Of a stretch of 64,000 nt of DNA, positions 58,401-64,000 are shown piece by piece. Below the pieces are notes generated by a model that was not told the origin of the DNA, did not search any database, and saw only the letters and a list, made by a program, of their open reading frames with translations. Numbering within the stretch: the first letter of the stretch is position 1; each line of letters opens with the position of its first letter. The stretch comes from an uncultured Pseudomonadales bacterium. GTDB lineage: Bacteria > Patescibacteriota > Microgenomatia > UBA1400 > PJMF01. Where the stretch lies: NCBI GenBank assembly GCA_964406075.1, contig CAYOQI010000004.1:57718-121717 (forward strand), written 5' to 3'. The position numbers were made by a program, and so were the translations under genes.

Positions 58401-59968
58401 CTGGTCGAATAGATACTGTGCAAGTGTATGGTGCAGAGCTTACAGCAGATCAAGTAAAAATTGTCATGAATGCGAACTCCGGTGTCAACTTCTCTACGGG
58501 TAGAGTTGAAACTGATCAGTCTATTGATGGAACACCATCAAACATAGCTGGATATTGGAATCTGAACGAGAACACAGGGACAACAGTGAATGATACATCT
58601 GGTAATGCAAACGCATTAACGATGAGTGGTGTGTCTGCTAGCTCTTGGGTACCTGCCAAATACGGATCAGGCTTGTACTTCGATGGAGCTGATGATTATC
58701 TCTCTATTGCTGATGATGCTGATTTTGATTTTGCTGCAGTTGATAGTTTTACTATTTCTGCCTGGGCAAAAAACTCTGGCTCACTTGCTTCAAGTCAACA
58801 TATTTTCGTCAAAGGTGACACCACTGATGGGGGCTGGAAACTCTACTTAAATACTGCCGGAAATTACTGTGTCCATTTTGCAGACAACATTAATAATGCC
58901 CCGACTGACTCAGCGTGTTCTTCATCAGGAGGATATGACTACAATGACAATCAATGGCATCACATTACTGCAGTGAAAGTAGCTAACTCTGAACTGCATC
59001 TCTATATTGATGGTGTGCTGGTAGCCTCTGATACAGCATTTTCATACTCCGGAACACTTGCAAACACTGGATCCTTATTGGTGGGCATAGGACAAAGTAC
59101 TACTACAGAAGAATTCACAGGTATCTTGGATGAATTAAAAATTTCGAGAACACCACTTACTGCCTCCCAAGTAGCTTTTGAATACAATCGTGGCCGTTCA
59201 CTAGCCTGGTGGAAATTTGATGACTGTACTGGAACTACTGCATACAATGCTGCCCAAAACGGTAACGGCGATGCGATTGGAAGTAATGGCACCATTACCA
59301 TAGGTGCAACCGGTTCCAACACATCCGCAGGTTCTTGTAATGTCGTGAACACCGCCACAGCTTGGTACAACGGGTTGGTCGGTAAATTTAATAACTCCAT
59401 TGATTTCGATGGCACTGATGATTATGTTTCTGTCGCAGATACAGAGATACTTCGACCAGAGGCAGGTAGCTGGTCCGTATCCTTGTGGGCAAACCCTGCA
59501 AATATCAATCAAAATTCTCCACTTATTACCAAGCGCCTAAACAGTGGGAATTTTGAACAATGGTCACTCTATATCTGTGGAAACATTGGATGTAGTACCG
59601 ATGGACAGCAAGTGCGCTTTGCTTTTGTTGAGGCCGATGGAACTACTGATCGCAAAGCACTCAGCACTCTAGACGTTGTTGATGGCAACTGGCATCATTA
59701 CGTGGGCATAGCCAGTAAAGACGATGACTCCATTATTTTATACAGGGACACAATAGAGCTAACTTCAACTTCTACAACAAATGGTTCCTGGCCTACTGTC
59801 AATAATACTGATCCTGTCCGCATCGCAAACGACAATGGAAGTGTTTACTATAATGGTCAAATTGATGATGTGCAGGTTTTTAACTATACTTTGTCTCAGG
59901 AACAAGTTAAAAAATTGTATAATGAAGGCTCTAGTGCTCGGTTTGGACCAGAAAGTGGAACTCCTTAA
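52448..59968 (+). CDS. Giant (2506 aa) secreted multi-LamG (concanavalin A-like lectin/glucanase, Laminin_G_3-type) domain protein with an N-terminal signal anchor.
   Basis: N-terminal RKRSPKVVVLLLLLTLLLLPIVYSL. At least 8 repeats of the LamG_3 signature: [LV]xGYWKLDEGTGTxxxDSSGNxNxGT, then FDGxDDYVxI, then F[ST][IV]SAW, then W[HY]H[VI], then LY[IL]DGxL, then (E/D)[VE][KR]IYxxxLTxxQV. They start at about aa 370, 520, 1090, 1300, 1500, 1720, 1960 and 2230. Confidence 0.85.
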   Translation: MFSFRRRPLSSVSRKRSPKVVVLLLLLTLLLLPIVYSLITRPNQGTAAPLNATEDSTSITITSPGKYRAVIQKGDTTDYILFYDLAEDAGNPDPTHEFKGPCVLETNTYCLRDDSNRMTTLIEVTDTVVKVRVMGRFNNEASTDYLDDDTPLYFPEVIENYAFTRDGVSVMNRTDFATGTGVTFDADSGHNGYDWLGVYSDVTDGAYDDTANNNYGDGATEAQISADGEFSNTNSYFHMPGTGSSTYQDAFVGIHRDGWYSDLNSSGVHEWNWDEAESGTQDLITAQEQNYNSSRRHEAKWYFLLKSESDLDTEAEREALNNEMINADILSYTVGETSYEMPVTATAINFDADTDYVNVPDNSAYDFGDTADYSVEAWMMRNGNPISGDNPIVSKRLCCGASGWEFQIRLSSARMRLQMTDGTDTYDLEGSTVLSDQTWYHVAAVFDQDNASNSIIYINGVAETMTRTGTIGNLGSMASTAGLGFGVGEPGIGNYNSFSGRIAEVRIWDDVRTAAEIRENMFRQIDPASANLVGYWKLDEGTGTAVHDSSATGANGTIVGGATWDSVNERKADHFNEFEFAHTLQSTAQNAQYDIDAGASNVSTTANGAISDNATTVTVTSTTGFASSGIAYIDGDKFSYTGTTATTFTGVPSSGEHSVIAHVTGSVVAQFTRSNTNFKVGGYQSTEKPAQITKEGISQKEGVDFSASVKPVTDGYFAQDLSFYADFASTTVDVGSNLTNSGCTLTQGGNDYTLGFITVCDGGSDDMTFTSTGNIDYAKGALEFSIAAFSTSADSTERTYFRITDGTDEFRFRKTSGNTLEFLIDEGASTYTESISSANYSWGFLDTVHIRLEWDDSASTTEDEMKIYINGRLPTSTDASGFTGANVSPGTTFRLGNSADSGGTHCNCLIDEFKIYDFNGSGDQVGLAKVGAGGGGGDYFYNPNNNLTLSFAPVDAGNRGEYLYLGADAKVNGYNFDLATNGVGSSLNLDWEYWNGVAWTSLESIVGFTDTTSNLTQSGTVYWTAPPTNWRPYAMNSKNEFYYIRASLNAASGTYTTSPVENRITTTTLYIRSDTTLNLEDQTFVIPTQFQPSVFWKMDEGQGTAINDSTGNKNDGTRLNAVWQTEDMCVSGKCLYFDGSGSPRDYLYRLNDDSFNFTASESFSISIWIKREPISTDPNVILAKHNSSGGGYKIRMENDGDISCGIDDDSTYTPDAEAISTLATYDDNQWHHIECVKDGTSSLSLYIDGILINTNSSISGVGSLVNTQPFYLGNGGDGLSDAFKGFMDEFKMYPYARTADEVKADAIAGAGNRGSSAVLGAQDTAFLNDGLAGYWSLDEGTANSCSGGTNDSCDKSGNNNDGAWQDNATSTRGKFSRGTIYDGTNDNVTITDPTSGTLDFGTGDFTVSTWVNFSAIANGSTLLGKNFTGSGAGYGMRIQTTSPTIWVGDGATTAELAHTAVLSNSAWYHVVGVRKNGTLYIYVNGVQGSSTASFTGNVSTTGNLYLGARGTGATANMAGSLDEVRIYNRALAPAEITTLYNWAPGPVGYWKLDENTGISAYDSSGNASTGTLTNSPTWTPGKFGSGVNLGGNSSNHYVSIADNDLYSPSLFAGATIQAWFNQDTATAARDWIVAKGNTSNFEWGLAVSNGVLYCEIWDSSGSSQAQVVAGVVSTGAWHFASCTMDNTNGVYLYLDGVLQGSSPGLTGGMSNTTSAVQIGNRADGGDNNFDGTIDEVKIYNYVRTPGQMLEDMNGTHPVGGSPVGSQILNWKFDEGNGTTANNEITGGTNGTLTSMATAPSTSSSGWTASGKFNKALVFDGTDDKVVIDTASDANVDFNASEQFSLSAWVYSTTVPTTATDEDLIIGKWDETSSQRAYRVFLENDDTDSTGHIRVEVMDESTGGNEILSAVTSNDTISQNTWYHVTMTFNGTITGAANSLKVYLDGKQLGTNAANASFVGIDDVTSDFTVGDYDATDSDGDLDGFTGRIDTVQVYGAELTADQVKIVMNANSGVNFSTGRVETDQSIDGTPSNIAGYWNLNENTGTTVNDTSGNANALTMSGVSASSWVPAKYGSGLYFDGADDYLSIADDADFDFAAVDSFTISAWAKNSGSLASSQHIFVKGDTTDGGWKLYLNTAGNYCVHFADNINNAPTDSACSSSGGYDYNDNQWHHITAVKVANSELHLYIDGVLVASDTAFSYSGTLANTGSLLVGIGQSTTTEEFTGILDELKISRTPLTASQVAFEYNRGRSLAWWKFDDCTGTTAYNAAQNGNGDAIGSNGTITIGATGSNTSAGSCNVVNTATAWYNGLVGKFNNSIDFDGTDDYVSVADTEILRPEAGSWSVSLWANPANINQNSPLITKRLNSGNFEQWSLYICGNIGCSTDGQQVRFAFVEADGTTDRKALSTLDVVDGNWHHYVGIASKDDDSIILYRDTIELTSTSTTNGSWPTVNNTDPVRIANDNGSVYYNGQIDDVQVFNYTLSQEQVKKLYNEGSSARFGPESGTP

Positions 59969-60142
59969 GCTTCTCTTCTTACGATCATTCAAGAAAGAAA
60001 CTCATTCAGTAAAACTTCAGTTTCCCTCTTACATTTTTCTCTCTATAAACAAGCTTTTTTTTATGAATTTTCTACTTGTATCTCATTGCAAAATACCGGT
60101 ACAATGACTACTTAATATAGTGAAGGTAACTTAATACGCACC

Positions 60143-62296
60143 ATGGCACAACCGTCCACTCGCCCACAATCACTTGATCTCATCATTCCCAAGCTCGTTG
60201 AATATATGCTGTATGGAGCAGTGATTTTAACTCCATTATTCTTTTTACCGTTTCTGCAAAATATTTTTGATACATCAAAGTATGCCCTGCTCTTGATAGT
60301 CACATTGATTTCACTTGGACTTTGGACGGTAAATACGTTGAGACATAAAGTATTACGATTTACTTTTCATCCTTTTACCTTTCCATTAATTCTTTTATCG
60401 TTCAGTATTTTAGTTTCTTCAGTATTGTCACCGGTGTATTTTCTTGAAGATTTTGCGGGAATTTTTGGACTCATCTTTTTCTTAAACTTACTTATTCTGT
60501 TTGGTTCAAGTTTAGTAAAAGTCAAACAAAGTAAAACATTTATTGATATGGCAAGTATTGGGGCCATTTTATTGAGCATCGTTTCTCTTCTCCAGCTCGC
60601 TGGAGTTGGACCAACAGTTGCATTAAATTCTTTACTGACCTTACAGTTTCCAAATACTTTTGCATTCTCTCCCGCTGGATCTCCATTGATTGGTTTATCT
60701 GCATTAGTAACCATCTTGGTACCAATGGTTGTGATGTTGGTTACTAATAAAGCATGGAAAGAAAAAATTCCGACAATGGTAGCTACTGCTATCGTCGCGA
60801 TCGGAGTACTTCTTCATGTCGGAGTAATGGTTGCAAAGCCTGAATTTCGACCTAACCTGCTTCCTTTATCAGCAAACTGGTTAATCTCCGTAGAAATTTT
60901 GAAGAACCTCCCCAGAGCCCTTTTTGGAGTTGGTCCTCAAAATTTTATGGATGCGTATGCTCAATTTCGACCAGTGAGCTTAAACAGTAATGACACATGG
61001 CAACTACTCTATCAATCAGGATCAAACACTCCATTCTTTATTTGGGTCAGTGTCGGGACTGTGGGATTGATTGCTTGGATCTTACTTTTTATTCAAAGTT
61101 TACTATTGCTCAAATCATCTCCAATATCCGCTCGCCCAGTTGGAATCATGGTCGTCACTGCTTTTATTATCGAGTTATTTATTCCGTTTAATATTGTCCT
61201 TGTCGCTCTACAAGCACTGGGTATGTTGTTCTGGATCGCGACACTCAGAGCTGAGCATCATCCCAAAAGTTCAGATATTGTCGTTAGCTTAAATGCCTTA
61301 AAAGTTACTCGCCCTGAAGACTACCCAACAGAAAAGAGAATGGGATCTTTGACATACATCACCACATTTTTTGTTCTGGTTGTAATCGCAGTCAGTACGT
61401 ACGGTCTCTTTAGAGTTATGGCCGGAGAGTTTTTCTTCTTCCAATCACTCCAAGCTGCTCAAGCTAGCGATGTCAAAAAACTGTATGAGATTCAACAAAA
61501 AGCCATTCAATACAATCCATATCGAGATATTTATCGCAGAACCTATGCCCAAACCAACTTTGCAGTGGCATTAAATTTGGCTCAAAAAGAAGGTATTACC
61601 GAAGAAGAAAAAGCCACACTTTCTAAATTACTTCAGCAAGCAATTCGAGAGGCTCGTATTGCCGCAAGTTTGAACCCTGCTCGCTCAGTCAATTGGAGAG
61701 TTTTAGGTGATATTTATCGAGGATTAATTGGTTCAACCAAGAATGCCGAACAGTGGTCAGTCGCATCATATGTCCAAGCCGTTCAAACTCATCCCAATGA
61801 CCCAACGTTGCGTGTTGATCTAGGTGGAATTTTCTTGAGAACCAAAAACCCTGATCAAGCAGCTCAATTGTTCCAACAAGCAGCACAGCTCAAACCAGAT
61901 TACGCCAATGCCTACTACAACTGGGCCCAAGCATTAATTTTACTCAATCGACCAGATACAGCTGTCTTAGCGTATGAGAAAGTTCTCACCTTACTTAAAC
62001 CTGATTCAGCCGATTACGTCAAAACTCAAAAGGAGTTAGTGGATTTGAGAGAAAAAGCCAAGGCCGCTGCAGCTGCTCAACCAAAACCACCTGCTACTCA
62101 AACCGCAACTGGATCAGCTACGACACCCACACCTCAACCAACACCAAGTAATACTCAACCTGAGGAAGCTGCCTTACCTGAGTCAGTCAAGCCATCACCA
62201 GGTTTGTTAGATCAAGAACCTGAAAATGTCCAGCTCGATCCTAATCAAGCCAGTCAATCAGCCACTCCCCAACCCAATCCAACTGCTGCTCCGTAA
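60143..62296 (+). CDS. Wzy_C-family polytopic membrane protein with a C-terminal TPR repeat domain and a Pro/Thr/Gln-rich tail. Candidate O-antigen ligase or protein O-oligosaccharyltransferase.
   Basis: About 11 TM helices. External loop LFGVGPQNFMDAYAQF matches the Wzy_C GxGxxNF motif. C-terminal TPR-like helices (AAQLFQQAAQLKPDYANAYYNWAQALILLNRPDTAVLAYEKVL) are followed by low complexity (PKPPATQTATGSATTPTPQPTPSNTQPEE). Confidence 0.6.
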   Translation: MAQPSTRPQSLDLIIPKLVEYMLYGAVILTPLFFLPFLQNIFDTSKYALLLIVTLISLGLWTVNTLRHKVLRFTFHPFTFPLILLSFSILVSSVLSPVYFLEDFAGIFGLIFFLNLLILFGSSLVKVKQSKTFIDMASIGAILLSIVSLLQLAGVGPTVALNSLLTLQFPNTFAFSPAGSPLIGLSALVTILVPMVVMLVTNKAWKEKIPTMVATAIVAIGVLLHVGVMVAKPEFRPNLLPLSANWLISVEILKNLPRALFGVGPQNFMDAYAQFRPVSLNSNDTWQLLYQSGSNTPFFIWVSVGTVGLIAWILLFIQSLLLLKSSPISARPVGIMVVTAFIIELFIPFNIVLVALQALGMLFWIATLRAEHHPKSSDIVVSLNALKVTRPEDYPTEKRMGSLTYITTFFVLVVIAVSTYGLFRVMAGEFFFFQSLQAAQASDVKKLYEIQQKAIQYNPYRDIYRRTYAQTNFAVALNLAQKEGITEEEKATLSKLLQQAIREARIAASLNPARSVNWRVLGDIYRGLIGSTKNAEQWSVASYVQAVQTHPNDPTLRVDLGGIFLRTKNPDQAAQLFQQAAQLKPDYANAYYNWAQALILLNRPDTAVLAYEKVLTLLKPDSADYVKTQKELVDLREKAKAAAAAQPKPPATQTATGSATTPTPQPTPSNTQPEEAALPESVKPSPGLLDQEPENVQLDPNQASQSATPQPNPTAAP

Positions 62297-62321
62297 AGAA
62301 AGAATAAATTAAAAATTGAAA

Positions 62322-62352
62322 CAAAAAAGCTGACTAAAAGTCAGCTTTTTTT
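62322..62352 (+). terminator. Rho-independent terminator of the Wzy_C-TPR gene.
   Basis: aaaaaagctgactaaaagtcagcttttttta: stem agctgact/agtcagct followed by a T7 tract. Confidence 0.65.
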
Positions 62353-62364
62353 ATGGTGGACCGT

Positions 62365-62397
62365 GGGGGAACCTGCCTGCCGTCAGGCAGGTCGAAC
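62365..62397. repeat. Second copy of the GC-rich palindromic element (gggggaaCCTGCCTGCCGTCAGGCAGGtcgaac), immediately 3' of tRNA-Ala(CGC).
   Basis: Same core as 14134-14162 with one substitution in the loop. Same position and orientation relative to a minus-strand tRNA. Confidence 0.6.
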
Positions 62398-62405
62398 TCT
62401 CACTG

Positions 62406-62476
62406 TGGACTCACGGGGAATTGAACCCCGAACTATGCAATGCGAATGCATCGGTATACCGTTTACCTATGAGCCC
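62406..62476 (-). tRNA. tRNA-Ala (anticodon CGC) with a G3:U70 pair.
   Basis: Manual fold: acceptor GGGCTCA/TGAGTCC (G3:U70), D-arm GGTA-AACGGTA-TACC, anticodon arm ATGCA-TTCGCAT-TGCAT, T-arm CGGGG-TTCAATT-CCCCG. 71 nt. Confidence 0.8.
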
Positions 62477-62518
62477 GAATGCTATGTACTACCACTATAC
62501 GAACGGCCCTCATTTCAA

Positions 62519-62755
62519 TTAAATCAGTCGCTTATTTCTAAAAGCAAATCCTGCTCCCGTTTTTAAATACTTTTCAAATTCTATTGCGAGTTTTTCTGAA
62601 GCAAAAGCGGAGTAGAAAATTAGTTTACATGGGAGAAAGTTTTTTGTTGCCTTAACTCTTCCCGAGCTATGCTCTTTCAAACGAGTTTTCAAATCAGAAG
62701 AATAACCAGTATATATTGTGTTATTTATTAGCTGAAGAAGATATGTGTAATACAC
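62519..62755 (-). CDS. Small GIY-YIG nuclease superfamily protein (UPF0213/YhbQ-like, 78 aa).
   Basis: MYYTYLLQLINNTIYTGYSSDLKTRLKEHSSGR..ATKNFLPCKLIFYSAFASEKLAIEFEKYLK has the GIY..YIG spacing with conserved Arg and Glu, as in YhbQ-type proteins. Confidence 0.6.
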   Translation of the reverse strand: MYYTYLLQLINNTIYTGYSSDLKTRLKEHSSGRVKATKNFLPCKLIFYSAFASEKLAIEFEKYLKTGAGFAFRNKRLI

Positions 62756-62878
62756 TTGAACCTTAAAGTCCTACTTCGCTAAAGCTACGCGGGACACACT
62801 TCGCATGACTTAAAATATCTCTTACTATAAAAAGTGGCCTGCCACACGAAGCTCTGAGTGATAACGAAGAGCGAAGTG

Positions 62879-62949
62879 TGGACCCGAGGGGAATCGAACC
62901 CCTTTCTATTCCATGCCATGGAAGTATACTACCGGTGTACTACGGGCCC
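62879..62949 (-). tRNA. tRNA-Ala (probable anticodon GGC) with a G3:U70 pair.
   Basis: Manual fold: acceptor GGGCCCG/CGGGTCC (G3:U70), D-arm GTAC-ACCGGTA-GTAT, anticodon arm CTTCC-ATGGCAT-GGAAT (one mismatch, A at position 32), T-arm AGGGG-TTCGATT-CCCCT. 71 nt. Confidence 0.6.
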
Positions 62950-63070
62950 CTAAAATAACTTTTCAACTTCTCCTCCCTGATGTATCGGGGAGAAAGCTGA
63001 GTTCTGTCATAACAGAACCAGCAGGTGGGGGTTTCAATTAAATCAATCTCAGAATTTTAACATACGCTTC

Positions 63071-64000
63071 TCAAGTTGAAAGGATTTGTTCCAAGCCTTG
63101 TTTGACTTGTTCAATTCCCTGTTGAGTGGCACCACTCCAAAATACAAGATTTTTCTTTTCTTTTTTAAATTTTGCCTCGACTTTTTTCTGAAGATCAGGT
63201 GAGTACAAATCAATTTTATTGATACTGATCAAAGACGGTAGGTTAACTAGATCTGGATTGTAATTCTTCAGTTCATCGAGCAACTTGTGATAATCATCAA
63301 AAATCTGTTGAGCCTGATCAGCTACTGATGCATCGAGATCTTGAACGAACAGGACATATAACAACACTCTACAACGCTCAACGTGACGAAGGAATTGAAT
63401 TCCTAATCCCTTGCCTTCACTTGCTCCTTCAATCAAGCCTGGAATATCTGCGATCACTACTTCTTTCCCATATAAAGAAAGCACACCTAAATTAGGAGAT
63501 AGGGTTGTAAAAGGATAATTCGCTATTTTTGGATTAGCTCGAGTGACAAGAGAAAGAAAAGTTGATTTCCCGGCATTGGGAAATCCAACTAAACCAACAT
63601 CAGCTAGAAGTTTTAACTCGAAATATACTTCGAGACTTTTACCTGGAGTACCTTTTTGAGCATACATTGGTGTAGTGTTGGTAGAGCTTTTGAAACGATC
63701 ATTCCCTTTTCCGCCATGCCCACCTTTAGCAACTAACTCTTCTTGACCATCAGCTAAAATTTCGACCACTTTTGTCTTTTGAATATCTTTGAGTCGAATA
63801 TCTTTCAGTTCTTTCTGGCGGGAAATAAACACTTCTTCAATATCATCCACTTCATCCTGCTTTAAATTTGCTTGAACTTTCTTTTTTGAATCCGAAACTT
63901 CGGATTGCATCTCCCAGACTACAGTACCAATTGGTACATCAATATACAGATCTTCACCTTTTTTTCCAAAGCTTTTATCTTTCCCACCCACTTGGCCATT
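63071..64000 (-). CDS. obg: GTPase Obg. The N-terminus is truncated by the window edge, so only the C-terminal ~310 aa are present.
   Basis: Gly-rich Obg fold (GGHGGKGNDRF), G1 motif VGLVGFPNAGKSTFLS, and a G3 DIPGLIEGASEGKGLG motif. The ORF runs to the window end. Confidence 0.85.
   Translation of the reverse strand, partial: NGQVGGKDKSFGKKGEDLYIDVPIGTVVWEMQSEVSDSKKKVQANLKQDEVDDIEEVFISRQKELKDIRLKDIQKTKVVEILADGQEELVAKGGHGGKGNDRFKSSTNTTPMYAQKGTPGKSLEVYFELKLLADVGLVGFPNAGKSTFLSLVTRANPKIANYPFTTLSPNLGVLSLYGKEVVIADIPGLIEGASEGKGLGIQFLRHVERCRVLLYVLFVQDLDASVADQAQQIFDDYHKLLDELKNYNPDLVNLPSLISINKIDLYSPDLQKKVEAKFKKEKKNLVFWSGATQQGIEQVKQGLEQILST

Noticed and set aside
52700-59992. Antisense or alternative-frame ORFs inside the LamG giant gene (e.g. 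53678-54019, 56851-57231, 59002-59415).
   Set aside because: They are shadow ORFs of a continuous 7.5-kb coding frame whose domain repeats are clearly readable.

Overview
The window is low-GC (about 37-38%, estimated by eye) and gene-dense, and it reads like a reduced-genome bacterium with a Gram-positive-like envelope. The gene set is consistent with a CPR/Patescibacteria-like organism, but that lineage assignment is inference only. All calls below come from reading motifs in the supplied ORF translations and the raw sequence; no database searches were run.

Recognisable housekeeping genes, all on the minus strand:
- ndk, argS, leuS, gpmI, and a truncated obg at the 3' edge of the window.
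- An F1Fo ATP synthase operon atpF-H-A-G-D-C. No atpB (a subunit) or atpE (c subunit) gene is visible anywhere in the window.
- A DNA-uptake operon comEA-comEC followed by a separately encoded MBL-fold hydrolase.
- tRNA-Arg(CCT), tRNA-Pro(CGG), tRNA-Ala(CGC) and tRNA-Ala(GGC). Both Ala tRNAs carry the G3:U70 pair.

Accessory content:
- A glycan-assembly locus: a GT-C-like polytopic membrane protein, a GT2 DPM1-like enzyme, a GT4 enzyme and a Wzx-like flippase.
- A surface-appendage cluster: three prepilin-type pseudopilin genes, a VWA/MIDAS protein, a VirD4/TraG-like P-loop ATPase and a sortase.
- Two Wzy_C (O-antigen-ligase/O-oligosaccharyltransferase-like) membrane proteins, one of them with a C-terminal TPR domain.

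The most unusual region is a ~23 kb tandem of two giant genes at 36772-59968.
- The first encodes a 5133-aa protein: an N-terminal MerR/excisionase-type HTH, then a transmembrane helix, then a highly repetitive Thr/Gly/Ser/Asp/Asn-rich fibre. The gene contains long, perfectly identical DNA repeats.
- The second encodes a 2506-aa secreted protein with at least 8 LamG/concanavalin-A-like lectin domains.
- A Wzy_C-TPR membrane protein follows immediately. I read the three genes together as a candidate cell-surface attachment/glycosylation system.

Other oddities:
- A GC-rich perfect palindrome recurs immediately 3' of two tRNA genes.
- tRNA-fragment-like sequences are nested around tRNA-Ala(CGC), next to a small GIY-YIG ORF.
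- A compositionally foreign (~50% GC) secreted-protein gene sits at the 5' edge.
- There are several AT-rich non-coding stretches of up to 1.2 kb.
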